Shown: piece by piece, positions 1-12,395 of the stretch | Layout of the letters: every line of letters begins with the position of its first letter | Position numbering within the stretch: the stretch's first letter is position 1 | Origin: Camelus dromedarius | Lineage: Eukaryota | Assembly: GCF_036321535.1 (NCBI RefSeq) | Contig: NC_087436.1 | Coordinates: forward strand, 6,386,001-6,450,000 | Length of the DNA: 64,000 nt | Direction: 5' to 3' | The notes under the pieces: model-generated | What the model saw: only the letters and a program-made list of their open reading frames with translations | What the model was told of the DNA's origin: nothing | Database searches by the model: none | Made by a program: the position numbers and the translations under genes

Positions 1-708
1 TCTGTTCTTTTGCGGATGTTGCTTTTGGTATTGTATCTGAGAAATCTTTGGTCACCATCTTTGGTGTCATGTCTAAAATACCCAAGATCACAAGATCTCT
101 TCCTAGAATTCCATAGGTGTAGTTTTTCTGTTTAGGTCTATAATCCAGCTTGAGTTAGTATTTGTGTTTTGCGTCAGGTATGAATTTGCCGTATGCGTTT
201 TGTTATATTGTGCCAAGTTCATTGATTGGCACGTGGATATCCAATTGTTCCAACACCATTTGTTGACAAGACTGTTTTTCCCTCCATTGAAACTGCCTTG
301 ACACCTTTGTCAACACTCAAATAACCGTATACATACGTGAGTCTATTTCTGAGCCCTTTATTATGGCCCGCTGATGGGTCGATTTGGCCACCGTTGCTAC
401 AGGGTCTTAACTACCGTAGATTTACAACAGTTCTTTAGTCAGGTAGCGCATGTCTTCCAATTATCCTTTCCAACATGGTTTGACTCACCCTAGTCCTTTT
501 GTGTTTCAATATGAATTTTAGAATCAGCTTGTCAATTTCTACAAAAAAAATCTCCTGGGGTTTTAATTGAAATTGCCTCGAAATCTACAGATTATTTGGG
601 ATTTGGGGGAAAATGACATCTTAACAATATTGAGTCTCTGAACCATGAACATGGTAAATCTCTCCATCTTTTCAGGTCTGCCTTAATTTTCATCAGCAAT
701 GTTTTGTG
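1..708 (-). mobile_element. Old L1 ORF2 fragment
   Basis: Antisense L1 ORF2 motifs (caacaccatttgttga, tttagaatcagcttgtc, aatattgagtct...ccatgaacatgg). Confidence 0.85.
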
Positions 709-2543
709 TTCTTAATGCCAGGGCAGTGCCTGGAATCCAATAGTATTTCTGTGGTCTTTTGTTGAATTGAACTGATAAAAGCCTAAATGAGAGGAATCAA
801 GCCCAATCTTGAACTTTTAGTAAAAGTGTACAATGTACAACAGCCCTGCAAAAATCATTCTGATTATTCATACATGTTCACAAGAATGCCATTTAGAATT
901 TTATACCACCTCGTGCTGATCAGACATCTGCTTAGACAGTCTGGATAAATTCCCAAATCAGTATCTCTTGATCTCGGCATAGTTGCTAAGTAGGTTTATG
1001 TTTTCAATTCCCTTCTGATCATGTTCCATTTCCCATCTTAACTTCTCTTGCCCTGGAGGGGCGGGTGCAGAGTCAGCCCTCCTTGATATAAGCTGTACTG
1101 TTAATTCTCCTTCTGTGTGTTCTGACAGCCAATAGCCACATTCTCACCAATGCCTTGTCCTCTGTCCCCACACCGTTCCTACTTTACAAATTAATGACTC
1201 AGTAACTGTCCCCTGACTATCCCGCTCAGCACACCCCAATAATCATGAAGCATAGATCTGAAATGACTTCTCCCATGCTGCACTTAGCATTCAGTACCTG
1301 GGACAAACATTATAGACCACTGCTTCCTTCTCTCTTTCACTCCAAAATGATACATGGAGCAGATTTGTACATATTTTAACTGACTCAGAACATCATGTTT
1401 TTCTTTCCTTAAGTAAATTTCATCCTGAAATGGGTCACTGAGTCCTTTCTCTTATCTGAATAGAAATGATATAGTACATCTTTAAAGGTTAACTTTTAAA
1501 TGCCTTACTTAGGGATAACAATATAATCTATAGTACCATATAATAAGAGACATGGAAAAAAATAAAACTTAAGTCATGAAGCGATGGTACTACTTTTTGC
1601 TAGCAGAGAACAGAGAAAGTTGGAAATTTTTATGTCAAAACATTTTTTAATTTACTATAAAAACCTTAAGCCATGAATTCTGAATTAAGAATCAAAAGGG
1701 GAGAAAAAAGACTGTGGGGCAGTTGTATGCCCCTTGTGACTTGCTGAAAGGAATAACTGAAGTAAGAGTTGAGGTGTACAGATAGACTGGAAGAACAGAT
1801 CATCCGAAGTAGTTGCTTTAAAGAAAGGTGCTGTACCATATTTTAATCACGTTTTCATGACAGAAAGCAAAAATAAACAGACAAGAAGCTGCCAAGCACA
1901 TATTGAAGGTTTGCTTTGAGCCTGCTGAGTGGAAAATCAGCCTAATTTTACAGTTTTACTCTGTCTTCCTGTTCTTTGGATTTTAAAGATTTTGCCCCTG
2001 AATTTCATCATTTTCCTTCACCTAGGTTTAGCTATCTTACTGAATTGCTGTTTTTATGAAATGGAGTCTCAGACCAACAAGATGAGCTCCATCTTGGGTC
2101 AGAAGAATTTACTCCCATCCAGGACTGGAACACTTGTTATCTGGAGATGATGACAACATATTACAGGAGAGAAAGAGGAAACTTTCCAATAAATCTGTTG
2201 AAAGGTATCTGTCAGTGGATAATGTTGACTCTAAACTGACATGATTCTCTATAATCCAAAGAGACATCTATCTGGCAACCAGTAGTTTCCACCCCGGATC
2301 TGCTCTCTGAGATTCCAAAACCATCTCAGGGTCAAGGCTTAGTTACTCGCCAGCAGGGGTCAAGATTGGTCTTTTATCAACTCATCAACCAACTCAGGGA
2401 GGATAATGTTATTATTTTATTTATCATAAAAAGAATGAGTACATTATAGCTTGATATGTTAAAGAAAAAAAAAAAAAACCAAAACAGTATTTCTCAGGGT
2501 ATAGTCCACAAGTGCCTTCAACAGAAGTATCTGAGGGGACAAC

Positions 2544-2612
2544 AGAATTTGCATTTTCAACAAGCTTCCCAAGTAAGTGTCATGCACATTAAGACTAGAA
2601 GATCACTGTTCT
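2544..2612. mobile_element. MER5A-like hAT MITE fragment
   Basis: gaatttgcattttcaacaagcttccc...atgcacattaag...cactg resembles the MER5A end. Confidence 0.5.
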
Positions 2613-2692
2613 GAAGTTTCTCACTTAAACCGTTAGCCAGTAGGAAAAGCACAAGAGTCTACATAGTACAGAGATCAACCAGAAGGGAGTTA

Positions 2693-2840
2693 AAACTTAT
2701 GGTGACAAAGAATATGAAAACGAATATATGTATGTACATGTATGACTGAAGTATAGTGCTGTACACCAGAAATTGACACAACACTGTAAACTGACTATAT
2801 GACAATAGAAAAAAAAATATATATATACAAAAAAAAGATA
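2693..2840 (+). mobile_element. Short L1 3' end with TSD
   Basis: L1 3'UTR terminus and A tail; perfect TSD AGAAGGGAGTTA at 2681-2692 and 2841-2852. Confidence 0.9.
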
Positions 2841-2894
2841 AGAAGGGAGTTAGAGAGGGAGGAATCTGTGTGGGCTTCTATCAGAAGAAGTTGT

Positions 2895-3076
2895 GGAGGG
2901 GGTGGGGAGTAGAGCTCAGTGGTAGAGCGCGTGCTTAGCATGCACAAGATCCTGGGTTCAATCCCCAGTGCCTCTGTATAAATAAACAATAAATTATTTA
3001 AAAACTTAATTACCTTCCTCCTACAAGTAGAAAATAAATAAATAAAAATTAAAAAAATTTTTTTTTAATTTTAAAA
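2895..3076 (+). mobile_element. tRNA-Ala-derived SINE (Vic-1 type)
   Basis: AGCTCAGTGGTAGAGCGCGTGCTTAGCATGCACAAGATCCTGGGTTCAATCCCC with A/B boxes and AT-rich tail; TSD AAGAAG(T/C)TGT at 2885-2894 and 3077-3086. Confidence 0.9.
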
Positions 3077-3758
3077 AAGAAGCTGTCAGTGAAAATGCAG
3101 AACTTGGGCTGAAGCTTCAGAGATTTTAGATTTTAAAGCAGGATGGCAGTAGGCCAAGGGAGGAAGGCATAAGCCTGTAATGTGAAAAGTCTGAAGAGAG
3201 AAGGGCCGGGATCTCCTAGAGAACATCTTCAGGGTGGGAAGCAAGGTAAAATCATTCAGATCATGTTGGGTTTGATGTAGTGTTCATCTTCTTAAATTTG
3301 ATTAGAATATGACTTAAAAAATGAGTAAGAAATTTAATCCAACAACAGTATGAAAAGATAATAAATTAATTATGTACATAAGTAGTAACGGAGAAGAACA
3401 GTGGGGAGAGCGGTCCGGGCCTGGTGCATTACAAGCTGTTTCAGCCCCTGCTATGGAGACGGAATAAACGTGAGAGGGAGCGTTTGTGCTGTCTCCCTCC
3501 GCTGATTGGTCCTTATACCACAGGGCATAGGTAAGAATGGACTTTTTTTTCTCATTGCAATGGAGAAGCCCATAAAAGCAGAATGAAATCTAAAGGGTAA
3601 ATTTCCTTTATTATCCATACTAAAGAAGTCCAAATATTTAGTAGCCAAGAGATTTCACAAACGTTATTTTTCCATTAAACCAATCAGACTCGAGAAGAGC
3701 CTTTGCTGTTAAAGATGGTACTGAGTTAAGGCAGGAAAGATACCCGCTTCCCACTCAC

Positions 3759-3776
3759 CGCCATAGTCTGCTTCTC
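3759..3776 (-). other. Possible 18-nt micro-exon GAGAAGCAGACTATGGCG
   Basis: Donor GCG|GTGAGT; contains ACTATGG (strong Kozak); acceptor ttattaag| is weak. Confidence 0.25.
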
Positions 3777-4180
3777 CTTAATAATGCACATTTTGATTCA
3801 TTAAATTAGCACGTAACACATAAAATAAAGATTAAGTGAATCTTTAGTAATCCAGATATTAAAAATAAACATTCTGAAGGATTTCCTTCTATATGTTGCA
3901 CACATGTCTAAAGGAGTTGTTGGCTTCATAAAACTGGATGTGTCAAACGTGTCTTTTCTTTTAAAGACCCTTTACAAATTCCCTCTATTGTCATTGTAGG
4001 AAAAACTCTTGCTATATTACAGGTTTAGGACCTGATGTTGCATACTTTTTGGAAACTCTTCTTTTGAAGAGGAATTCTAAGACCAAAACACTTAGGAAAT
4101 ACTGAGAAATGCCTGGGGAAACCATTATAATGCTTTGGGGCCAAGCTGGCTGGGAGAGCAATCAATCTAAAAGGAAATCT

Positions 4181-4377
4181 AATGCTGTGCCAGTTTCTGG
4201 TACACGGCGTAATAGTTCAGTCCTACATGTACATACATATGTTCCTTTTGGTTACAGGTTACTACAAGATATTGAATATAGTTCTCTGTGCTCTATAGTA
4301 GAAATCAAACTGATTATATATCAATTAAAAAATAACAAAATGTTAAATTGAGTTCCAAATTAAAAAATTAAGTTACA
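4181..4377. mobile_element. 5'-inverted short L1 3' end
   Basis: 4181-4306 antisense L1 3'UTR, 4307-4340 sense terminus and tail; TSD TAAAAGGAAAT(C/A)T at 4168-4180 and 4378-4390. Confidence 0.8.
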
Positions 4378-4479
4378 TAAAAGGAAATATATGTAAAGAA
4401 ATGATGAGATTATTCTTAGTAAATAATGTGTGTGTGAATCATTAAGGGTTTAAGATTTTTGTTGATCCAATACTAGCAC

Positions 4480-4933
4480 TGTGCACATCGCATGTGAGGT
4501 CAGTGCCGCACTTGGAACCCTCCCTCAGCCCACCGGAGTGCACCGGAGGCTGAGGTCCACAGGACCTGGGACACTAACCTCCCACCTACCTCACCTCGAG
4601 GGTCTGTCTCTCTTCTATGCTTGAGGTTGTTTTCGACCCCACGGGACCAGGAAGTACTAGAGGGCTGAAGAGATAAGACCATCTTCAAAAAATAAAGAAT
4701 GAGAGTTGGGGGATAAATGCCGCAACCTTCCCGTCCCCCAGAGGGACAGGCCCAGGGGTGTTCCGCAGAGTTGTTCAAAGTGGTCCCCACAAGGCTGAAC
4801 CCCAATTGCTCACAATAGCCTCATTAGCTCATTAACATGTACTTTGTTGGCTGTTCTTTTTTCTCTCTCTTTCCCACTTTGTTAGTTTGGGTTCCCCCAA
4901 AGGTTCATCTGTTGGAGGAATCCAAACTAAGCA
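4480..4933 (+). mobile_element. LTR16-family (ERVL) solo LTR
   Basis: ggataaatgcc...ctgaaccccaattgctcaca...ctcattaac and terminal ggaatccaaactaagca resemble LTR16C. Confidence 0.7.
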
Positions 4934-5784
4934 ATGTACTAAATAAAAATGAGAGATAAGTCCAGAAAATGTCTCCAGGAAACCCCACTGCTCCACAGAA
5001 TTAGATTAAATCAGCTTTCCAAGGGTACTCAACATGTAAACCATAACTTATCTCATCACCTCTCTATCATTCATAGGGCATGTTGTTAATTCAGGAAGTA
5101 AGATGGTCATGTTTATTACACACCTCTAGACACTTACTCATAGCCCCCAGGCATATATTTTGCAAGTGTTAGAGTAGTCAGACAGCATCTCAGTGTCAGC
5201 CCCTAGCATACACTGAGGGGAGAAAACACTGACCACCTTTAATAGCTAAAATGTCCATGAAGAAACATGTCAACAATAGCATATTGAGCCGCCTTGACAT
5301 TTAAAATCTTCCTACATGGGGACGTCGCTGGTGAAGAGCTATGCAAGTGGGATAACTAGGGCTTGGCGTGGGGAAGTTAAGAACATGAAAGTGAGTGTAG
5401 GGAGATCTGTATTATTCGTTTCTTTAAGATTCTATGTCTACCTCTCTGGTGCAGAAGCTCTCTGGGTTAGTAGTTTCCTTATTTCCTGTCTTTACATCCT
5501 CTCTCTTCTTCTTGTCAACTGACTTATTCTCTGAGTCAATCTTCTGCATCAGAGCAGATATTAGAAATGGAAAAATAAACAGGACCGTTGTGAAGGCAGA
5601 AGGGTATCAAACACTGGCTTGCTCAAACCATCACCATCCTTTCCTCTTTCCTATCCCCAAATTTCCACCTTTAAAGCAACTTCCTAATTTTTAAATAAAA
5701 ACTTGGAAATCTTCCGGTTTGGGAAAGTAGCATTTCACACAAGTGACAAGTTTCTGAAGACTTGGCACGTTTCAAAACTGTGGT

Positions 5785-5857
5785 GAAGTCTGGCCAAGAT
5801 GGCGGAGCAGAAGGACACGTAGCTCACCCTCTCCCACGAATACATCAAAGCTTTGAT
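5785..5857 (+). mobile_element. Isolated L1 5'UTR start
   Basis: CAAGATGGCGGAGCAGAAGGACACGTAGCTCACC...ACATCAAA; aligns by eye to the L1 5' end at 27423 (minus). Confidence 0.7.
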
Positions 5858-6319
5858 AAAACTTTGATTCAAGCCTGGTTTTCCCAAATTGAGGCTATGG
5901 CGGAGATGAATATCTACCTAAGATGAATAATTTACCAAAAAAAAAGTACTTTTTTTGCCTTAATGTCTCATTTTAATCTTTGCAATATGGCCTCTGATAT
6001 TTTGTAGAGCTCTCCAAAATATGCATCATATACAAGGACAGTTATGAGGAATTCTTCATAGCATTTCACCGCATCTAACTTCCTTTCCAAAGGTACTGAT
6101 TTTAAACTTGTTTCTCAGCATTAAAAGACATACCACCACTTAGATAATATTTGGATGCCTCCTTGTGGGACCCAGAAATACTTCAAATCATGATAACAGT
6201 GAATGGTAAAATAACAGCAGCCTCCCCCGTCCCTCAAGGAAGACTGTATTCCATAAACAAAAGCTGGGCTCCCAGGATGCTGAGCCAGTGATGGACGTTT
6301 CTGTTTATTGACTGAAGTG

Positions 6320-6334
6320 GCGCCACCGTGTGGC
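6320..6334 (-). promoter_or_regulatory. CTCF-like motif flanked by forkhead-like sites
   Basis: GCGCCACCGTGTGGC resembles GCGCCCCCTGGTGGC; TGTTTAT at 6302 and GTAAACA at 6341. Confidence 0.4.
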
Positions 6335-8371
6335 AGCAGTGTAAACACAGTTTGCAAGTCACTTGCCAGACTAGCCTTGAAATTATTCTTTGTTTTTATA
6401 TACCACACAGAGCACACGTTAGGTAACATTTTTCATAAAGACAGACTTCATTAATATTTCATGTTACTTGGCTGTCAATCTACATGATTCAAATTCCCAT
6501 AAAATAAGAGACTCGGTGTGTTTAGATTAACTTTTCAGAAAAAGTCTGAATCACATAATTGTCTAAGTTCAAGATTTATGGTAAATAAAAAGTATGCTCT
6601 CTAGTAATAAGGCCATCCAAAATATTTTACGAGTCTTATGACAAGGAAGTGTGAATTCTGATCTATTATAGTAATAGCTTAAGAGCATGTAAGAACCAAA
6701 ATGAATGACTGATGAGTTTAAAAATTAAAGACATCTGGATAATCTGCACATAGGTAGAGGTGGAATTCTTTCCCGCCGGCTTTGCCCAGGGAGCCCTTTG
6801 ACATACTGGTGCTCAGTAAGTAATAATAATAAAATAAATAAGGAAAAAGATTTGCTTACTCTTTTCTGGAGTCCTGGCAGTAAGCATAATGAGATATAAA
6901 AAGATACGAGTATTCTGTTATAATCTTAGCTTTAACCAGACCAAAAAAAAAATACTTTACTTTTACTAAAGTTTCCTCCAATTCAATAAATTTTAGATAC
7001 TTATTTTAAGTGTAAGCTATAATATTTTAACATGAAATCAAATTCGTTCTCACATTTGTTTAGCCCAGCATGGCCTTTGAAATTTTGATAAATAATTTGG
7101 CAAAGGTAAAAGGCAATCTGGCTTACTTTGTAGTTGTGTCTGTTTTCCAAAAAAAAAAAAAAATTATGCAGGGAACATTTTGACTCTAAAAAGGATACAT
7201 TTTCCTATAATTATAGCCCCTTATCTTGCTTGGCTGAGCAGGGGTGAGAGAGACTGCTCTGCAAGTCTGAAGATAAACTAAGTACATGGATTAATGATAT
7301 GCTGGATATTAATAGAAAAGCTGGATGTGAAAAACTGTGCTCCATTTAGTTAACTATGCTGTGAAATAGTAAAATGCTTACACACTAGAGAAGTCGACTC
7401 TGCAGGCATCTTCAGTGTTGCATATTTAAAAAGAATCCCTTGCTCTTTTTCGGTTCAGTTTGTAAGTGAAATGAACCAGAGTCAGAAATCCTTGAACTTT
7501 GAAAACCAACCTCTATCAAGACATCGAGTTACATGAGATGCCCATCATGGGCGCCGTGTAACTCACTGAGCCATCCTACGGGGTGTGCCCGGTAGCCGTC
7601 CACGACCAAGCAGACACGGCATACATTAGATGGGCCTCAAACAGGTGCCAAAGGCAAAAGTCAGTAGTATGAGCAATGGTTCTGATCCCTCAGGCACAAT
7701 GCTTCTCACCAGGGCCCCAGGATACTCTTGACAGTCCCAGGTATCGGACAGAAGAAGGCAAAGGAGAAAGTAGCAGAAAGATCCATTAATGGAGTGGCTA
7801 GAAATACGACTGATGGTAGGAGCAGCGACCAACACTTTTAGAGAGGGGTCTTCCCCAGAGTGTGCTCCCGGGGCACCAGCTCTGTGCTTCCTGGAAGGTA
7901 CCTCACGTGCACAGGTGGAAATGCATTCTAGAGTCAGTTAAGCTTGAGAAATTCTGGGTTCAACAAGCTGAAGTTTGCTTTGGGGTCCTTGCATCCTCCA
8001 CATAGTTTCCCCTCACCTCTGAGATGTTCATGGTGGGTCTGATCCCATCACCAACTGGTTACCCCCCCAAAAAGGAACTAGCACATCCCAGAGTGCTGTG
8101 AGTCACCCTTCTCCTACCAACCACCATGTGGCTGGTGGGGCACCATTGTGATTCCTTTTTTTTTTTTTTTTTTTTTGACAATTGGCAATAAATAAGATAG
8201 GCATAGCTCTGCCCAAGGCATGTGCCCTCCCCAGCCAAGGTGCAGATGCATTTGTATCTGAAGCACATCTCTGGTGGCAGTAAGCCCAAAGGGCTGTTTC
8301 TCAAGTAGAAGCAATTGGGAAGGTCAAATGCCAAGATGATGAAATCAAGCTCCAGCTGATGGAAGCTACAG

Positions 8372-8558
8372 TGTCCACTACAGTACCCACTTCCCACACG
8401 TGGCTAGAAAAACTTTAGTTTAATTTAAAATTTACCTCTTGATTCCCAAAGCACATTTAAAGTGTTCAGTGACCACATGCGGCCAGTAACTGCTGCACTG
8501 GCCAGTGCACATATGGTAAATTTCCATCATTACAGAAATGTCTACTGAACAGTACTGG
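8372..8558. mobile_element. MER3-like hAT-Charlie MITE
   Basis: cacatttaaagtgttcagtgaccacatg...tttccatcattacagaaa...ctactgaacagtactg. Confidence 0.7.
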
Positions 8559-8569
8559 ACGAGCATTCC

Positions 8570-8570
<1 letters not shown>

Positions 8571-8615
<45 letters not shown>
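8571..8615. repeat. (AC)22 microsatellite
   Basis: Read directly. Confidence 0.98.
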
Positions 8616-8616
<1 letters not shown>

Positions 8617-9204
8617 CCCTTTTCTACAAATAGAAGACGATAGACTGACTTACCAAAGGGCTCCTGATGGTTAGAACCATCCTGGCTCCTGGGTCTTCAC
8701 TGCTCTAAGCATTTTGGCTTTCTGAAAACATCTTTAGTCTCGTTTGGTTCTAACCTATTTGATACACTTCGTGAACAAGTAAGATGAGCTTTTGGAGAGC
8801 GGACCCACAGCAGTTCTATCCTGAGAGAACAGGGGTCAGCTGGACAGCTCCCAGACCACCAGCACTCGCTCTGTTTCACGGATTTGTCTCTCAGTAGGTG
8901 ACGATCTAGGATAGCCTCTCCATGTCAGGGGGTCCAGCCTTCATCACGTCTGCAGCCCCTTTCACCACACCGGCTAGAGTCTTCGAAGGTTCCAGGGACA
9001 AGGACGAGGACATATTTTTGGAGGAAAGGGGACATTTTTCTAACAACCCCAGACCAGTACAGAAGAAGGAGCAAAACAGAGTGAAAAAAAGCTTGTGAAA
9101 GAAATGAACCTTACAGCAAGTCTTGAAGGCAGTGGTAGGAATTAGCCAGCTGGAGAAGGAGTAAAGGATTTTTTTTTTTTTTTGATAAGGGATTACCAAC
9201 ATTG

Positions 9205-10400
9205 ATTCATCAACAAATATTTACAGTGCTCTTACCATGTCCCAGGCAGCAGGCAACAGCACAGTGAGTGCAGGACACATTCAAGGAGCTGCAAGGACAG
9301 CAGACTAAAACTGAAACACTGGACGAGGTTGGGGAGACAGGAAGCTCAGAATAGGGAGGTAGGAAAGGGCCATGTCATCAGAGCTTTGAATGCCTGTTGA
9401 GAAGTTTGCAGTTTATCCTGAAAGGGATGGAGAGCCGTTGAGGCATTTTAAGCAGGAATCAATGTTTTCAGCTCTCTTTTTAAAGGGTCACTCAAAGATA
9501 AAAATTCTGGGTAGGACAGAAGAGAAACTAGCACAGTCATGAGATGTTATTGGTTGTGAAGGGGGAAAGAAGATTAATTCAAGAGATACTAAGAAAATAT
9601 AACCTATAATGGAAAAGAATACAAAAATGAATATGTGTATGTATATGTATGACTGAAGCATTGTGCTGCACACCAGAAATTGATGCATTGTAACTGACCG
9701 ATTGTAACTGACTATACTTCAATTTATTTAAAAAAAGAGAGATACTGAGAAAACAAAACACAGCAGTGAACGTGAGGTGAGGGAGGGAGGAAGGGATTTG
9801 AAGCCACCTCCCGGGACTCTCGGTTGCTTGAATAATCAGGGGGCGGGTCCATCAAGACAGAGGAGAAAGCAGGAGGAACCGGTGTGCAGAGGACTTGAGT
9901 TCTGCTCTGTGCACATCCAATTTGAGGCGAAGTTCTTTCTAGAATATTCCCTAGGCATTTAGTATAACAAACTAGAACTCTGGGGAGGTACCTGGGCTGG
10001 GGTCACGTATTATTGAGCCTTTGATAAACTCTTGGTAACTAAAACCGTGGGGATGGATTGAAGTAAATCATGAGAGGATATAAAGTGAAACAAGAAGAGA
10101 GGAGGATGCCAACATCAAGGGTGGAGAGAGGAAAGGGAGGCTGCAAAGGATGCCGAGAGAGAGACGCCAAAGTGAGAAACAGCCACGAAGGGTCGTTGTG
10201 TCCACCAGGGGAGAGAGTCCCAAAGGATTAGCTCATCTGGTGGAATGAAGCAGAAACGCTGAGTCAGAGGATATTGAAAAGGACCACTGGATTTGACAAC
10301 CAGAGAGAAAGCATCACTGTTAAGCTCTGTCGGTTGTCAGAGCAATTTCAGTAGCGTGGGAGGCCTGACCCACCTTCCACAGATCTGAGGAAGCCATGAA
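9205..10400 (-). mobile_element. L2 fragments, interrupted by a short L1
   Basis: attcatcaacaaatattta start; tttatcctgaaagggatggagagccgttgaggcattttaagcagg; ccactggatttgacaacc...gagcaatttcagtag. Confidence 0.65.
9598..9737 (+). mobile_element. Short L1 3' end with TSD
   Basis: TSD AGAGATACT(A/G)AGAAAA at 9582-9597 and 9738-9753; internal duplication of attgtaactgac. Confidence 0.9.
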
Positions 10401-10454
10401 GACGAGCATCCTGGAGGCAGAAGCCCTCCTTTAAGGAGACAGACTGGTGCTCAC

Positions 10455-11657
10455 CCCCAGAGGCACGATCCACGAAAGAGAGTCGATAAACGAGACTTAA
10501 CATTTAAATTTTCTGCTCTGCAAAAGGCTCTTTCAAGAGAATGAAAAGACAAGCCACAGACTGGAATAAAATATGTGTGGCAGACATAGCTGATAAAGGA
10601 CAGTTATCCAAAATGTATAAAGAAGGCTGAAGACTCCAGAATCGGAAAACAATCCAATTTAAAAATGGGCCAAATGCCTTAAGACACTTCACTAAAGAAG
10701 ATATACAGATGGCAAACAAGCATATGAAAAAATGCTTCACATTCTATAGCATCAGGGAAATACAAACTAAAACAGCAATGAGACACCATTACACACCTAT
10801 TACATTGGCCAAAATCTAGGACGCTGACAACACCAAACGCTGGTGAGGATGTGGATCAACAGGAACTCTCGGTCGTGGCTGCTGGGGTTGCAAAATAGCC
10901 CCTTTGGAGGGCAGTTTGTTTTTCTTATAAAACTAAACATATTCTTATCATACAATTCAGCAGCAATACTCCTTGGTATTCACCCAAAAGAGTTAAAAAT
11001 TTATGTCCACATAACTTGCCCATGGATGTTTATAGTAGCTTTATTATAACTGCCCAAACTTGGAAGCCACCAAGATGTCCTTCAGCAGGTAAACCCTACT
11101 GTAGCTGTGGTCCATCCAGACAGTGGAACACTATTCAGCACTCAAAAAGAAATGAGTTATCAAGCCATGAGAAGACGTGGAGGAACCTTATTGGTGTATT
11201 ACTAGGTGAAAGAAGCCAATCTGAAAAGTGATCTACTGTATGATTCCAGCTATGTGACAGTCTGGAAAAGGCAAAACTATGGTGACAGTAAAAATATTAT
11301 TAGTTGTCAAGGGTTTGAAGGGACAAAGAGATGCACAGGTGGATCACAGAAGAATTTTAGGGCAGTGAAAATACTCTGTATGATGCTATAGTGGTGGATA
11401 CTTGCCATCATGCACTTGTCAAAACCCACAGAACATACAACACCAACGGACTATGGACGGTAGTCTGTGGGCTACAGACTATGGACTCTGGGTGACAATG
11501 ATGTGTCGATGTAGGTTCATTGATGGAAACACATGTATTATCTGGTGGAGATGTGATAATGTGTGGGGGCAGGGGGCTGATGGGAAACCTCTATACTTTC
11601 TACTCAATGTTGCTGTGAACCCAAAACTGCTCTGAGAAATAAAGTCTATTTTTTAAA
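10455..11657 (+). mobile_element. L1MC1/2-like 3' portion (ORF2 end and 3'UTR)
   Basis: agaatgaaaagacaagccacagactgg; tggaagccaccaagatgtcc; aaaggcaaaactatgg...aaaactgctct...aataaagtctat. Confidence 0.85.
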
Positions 11658-12072
11658 TCTGGGCTGGGAAATGCAGAACTAGAACAGTGACTAAGGACAC
11701 CTGCATGGAAGATGGCCAAGAAAAAGAGCATTTGAGGGCTTAAGGATGGAACTGAGTCTGCATGTTTATGCGGAAGCAAAAAGACTCAGTAGAGAGTATC
11801 AAAGGAACGTTCAGGAGAGAAAAAGAGACCTGAAAAAGTGAAAATCAGTGGGAGGGCACAAGTGCAGGACACAGGCTGAACTTCATGCTGAGCAAGCAGA
11901 TTTCTGACTCTTCCCCTAAGAGGGGGAGGAAAAGAAGAGTGGGCTTGGATGCAGTGATTATGGTTTTATAAGTTGAAGGCGTTCCAAAAGGAAAGACGGT
12001 ATTCTCCGTGAAGTTGTGCTGAGGTCATTTATTAAGGGTAGGAAAAAAAAGAGAAGAAGAGTAGGGGGCTTT

Positions 12073-12395
12073 ACTCACCTGTCGAAGGACATTTAGGTTG
12101 CTTCCATGTCTTGGTTATTGTATACAGTGCTGCTATGAACACGGGTGCATGTATCTTTTTGAATCAGAGTTTTCTCCAGATATGTGCCCAGGAGTGGGAT
12201 TGCTAGATCATATGGTAAGTCTATTTTTAGTTTTTTAAGGACTCTCCATACTGTTCTCCATAGTGGTTACACCAAATTATATTCCCACCAGCAGTGTAGG
12301 AGGGTTCCCTTTTCTCCCCGCCCACTCTTGTGGACTTTTTAATGATGGCCATGTTGACCAGTGTGAGGTAATACTTCATTGTAGTTTTGATTTGT
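12073..12395 (-). mobile_element. L1 ORF2 C-terminal fragment
   Basis: ggacatttaggttgcttccatgtcttgg...cccaggagtgggattgc...ttcccaccagcagtgtaggagggttcc. Confidence 0.9.
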
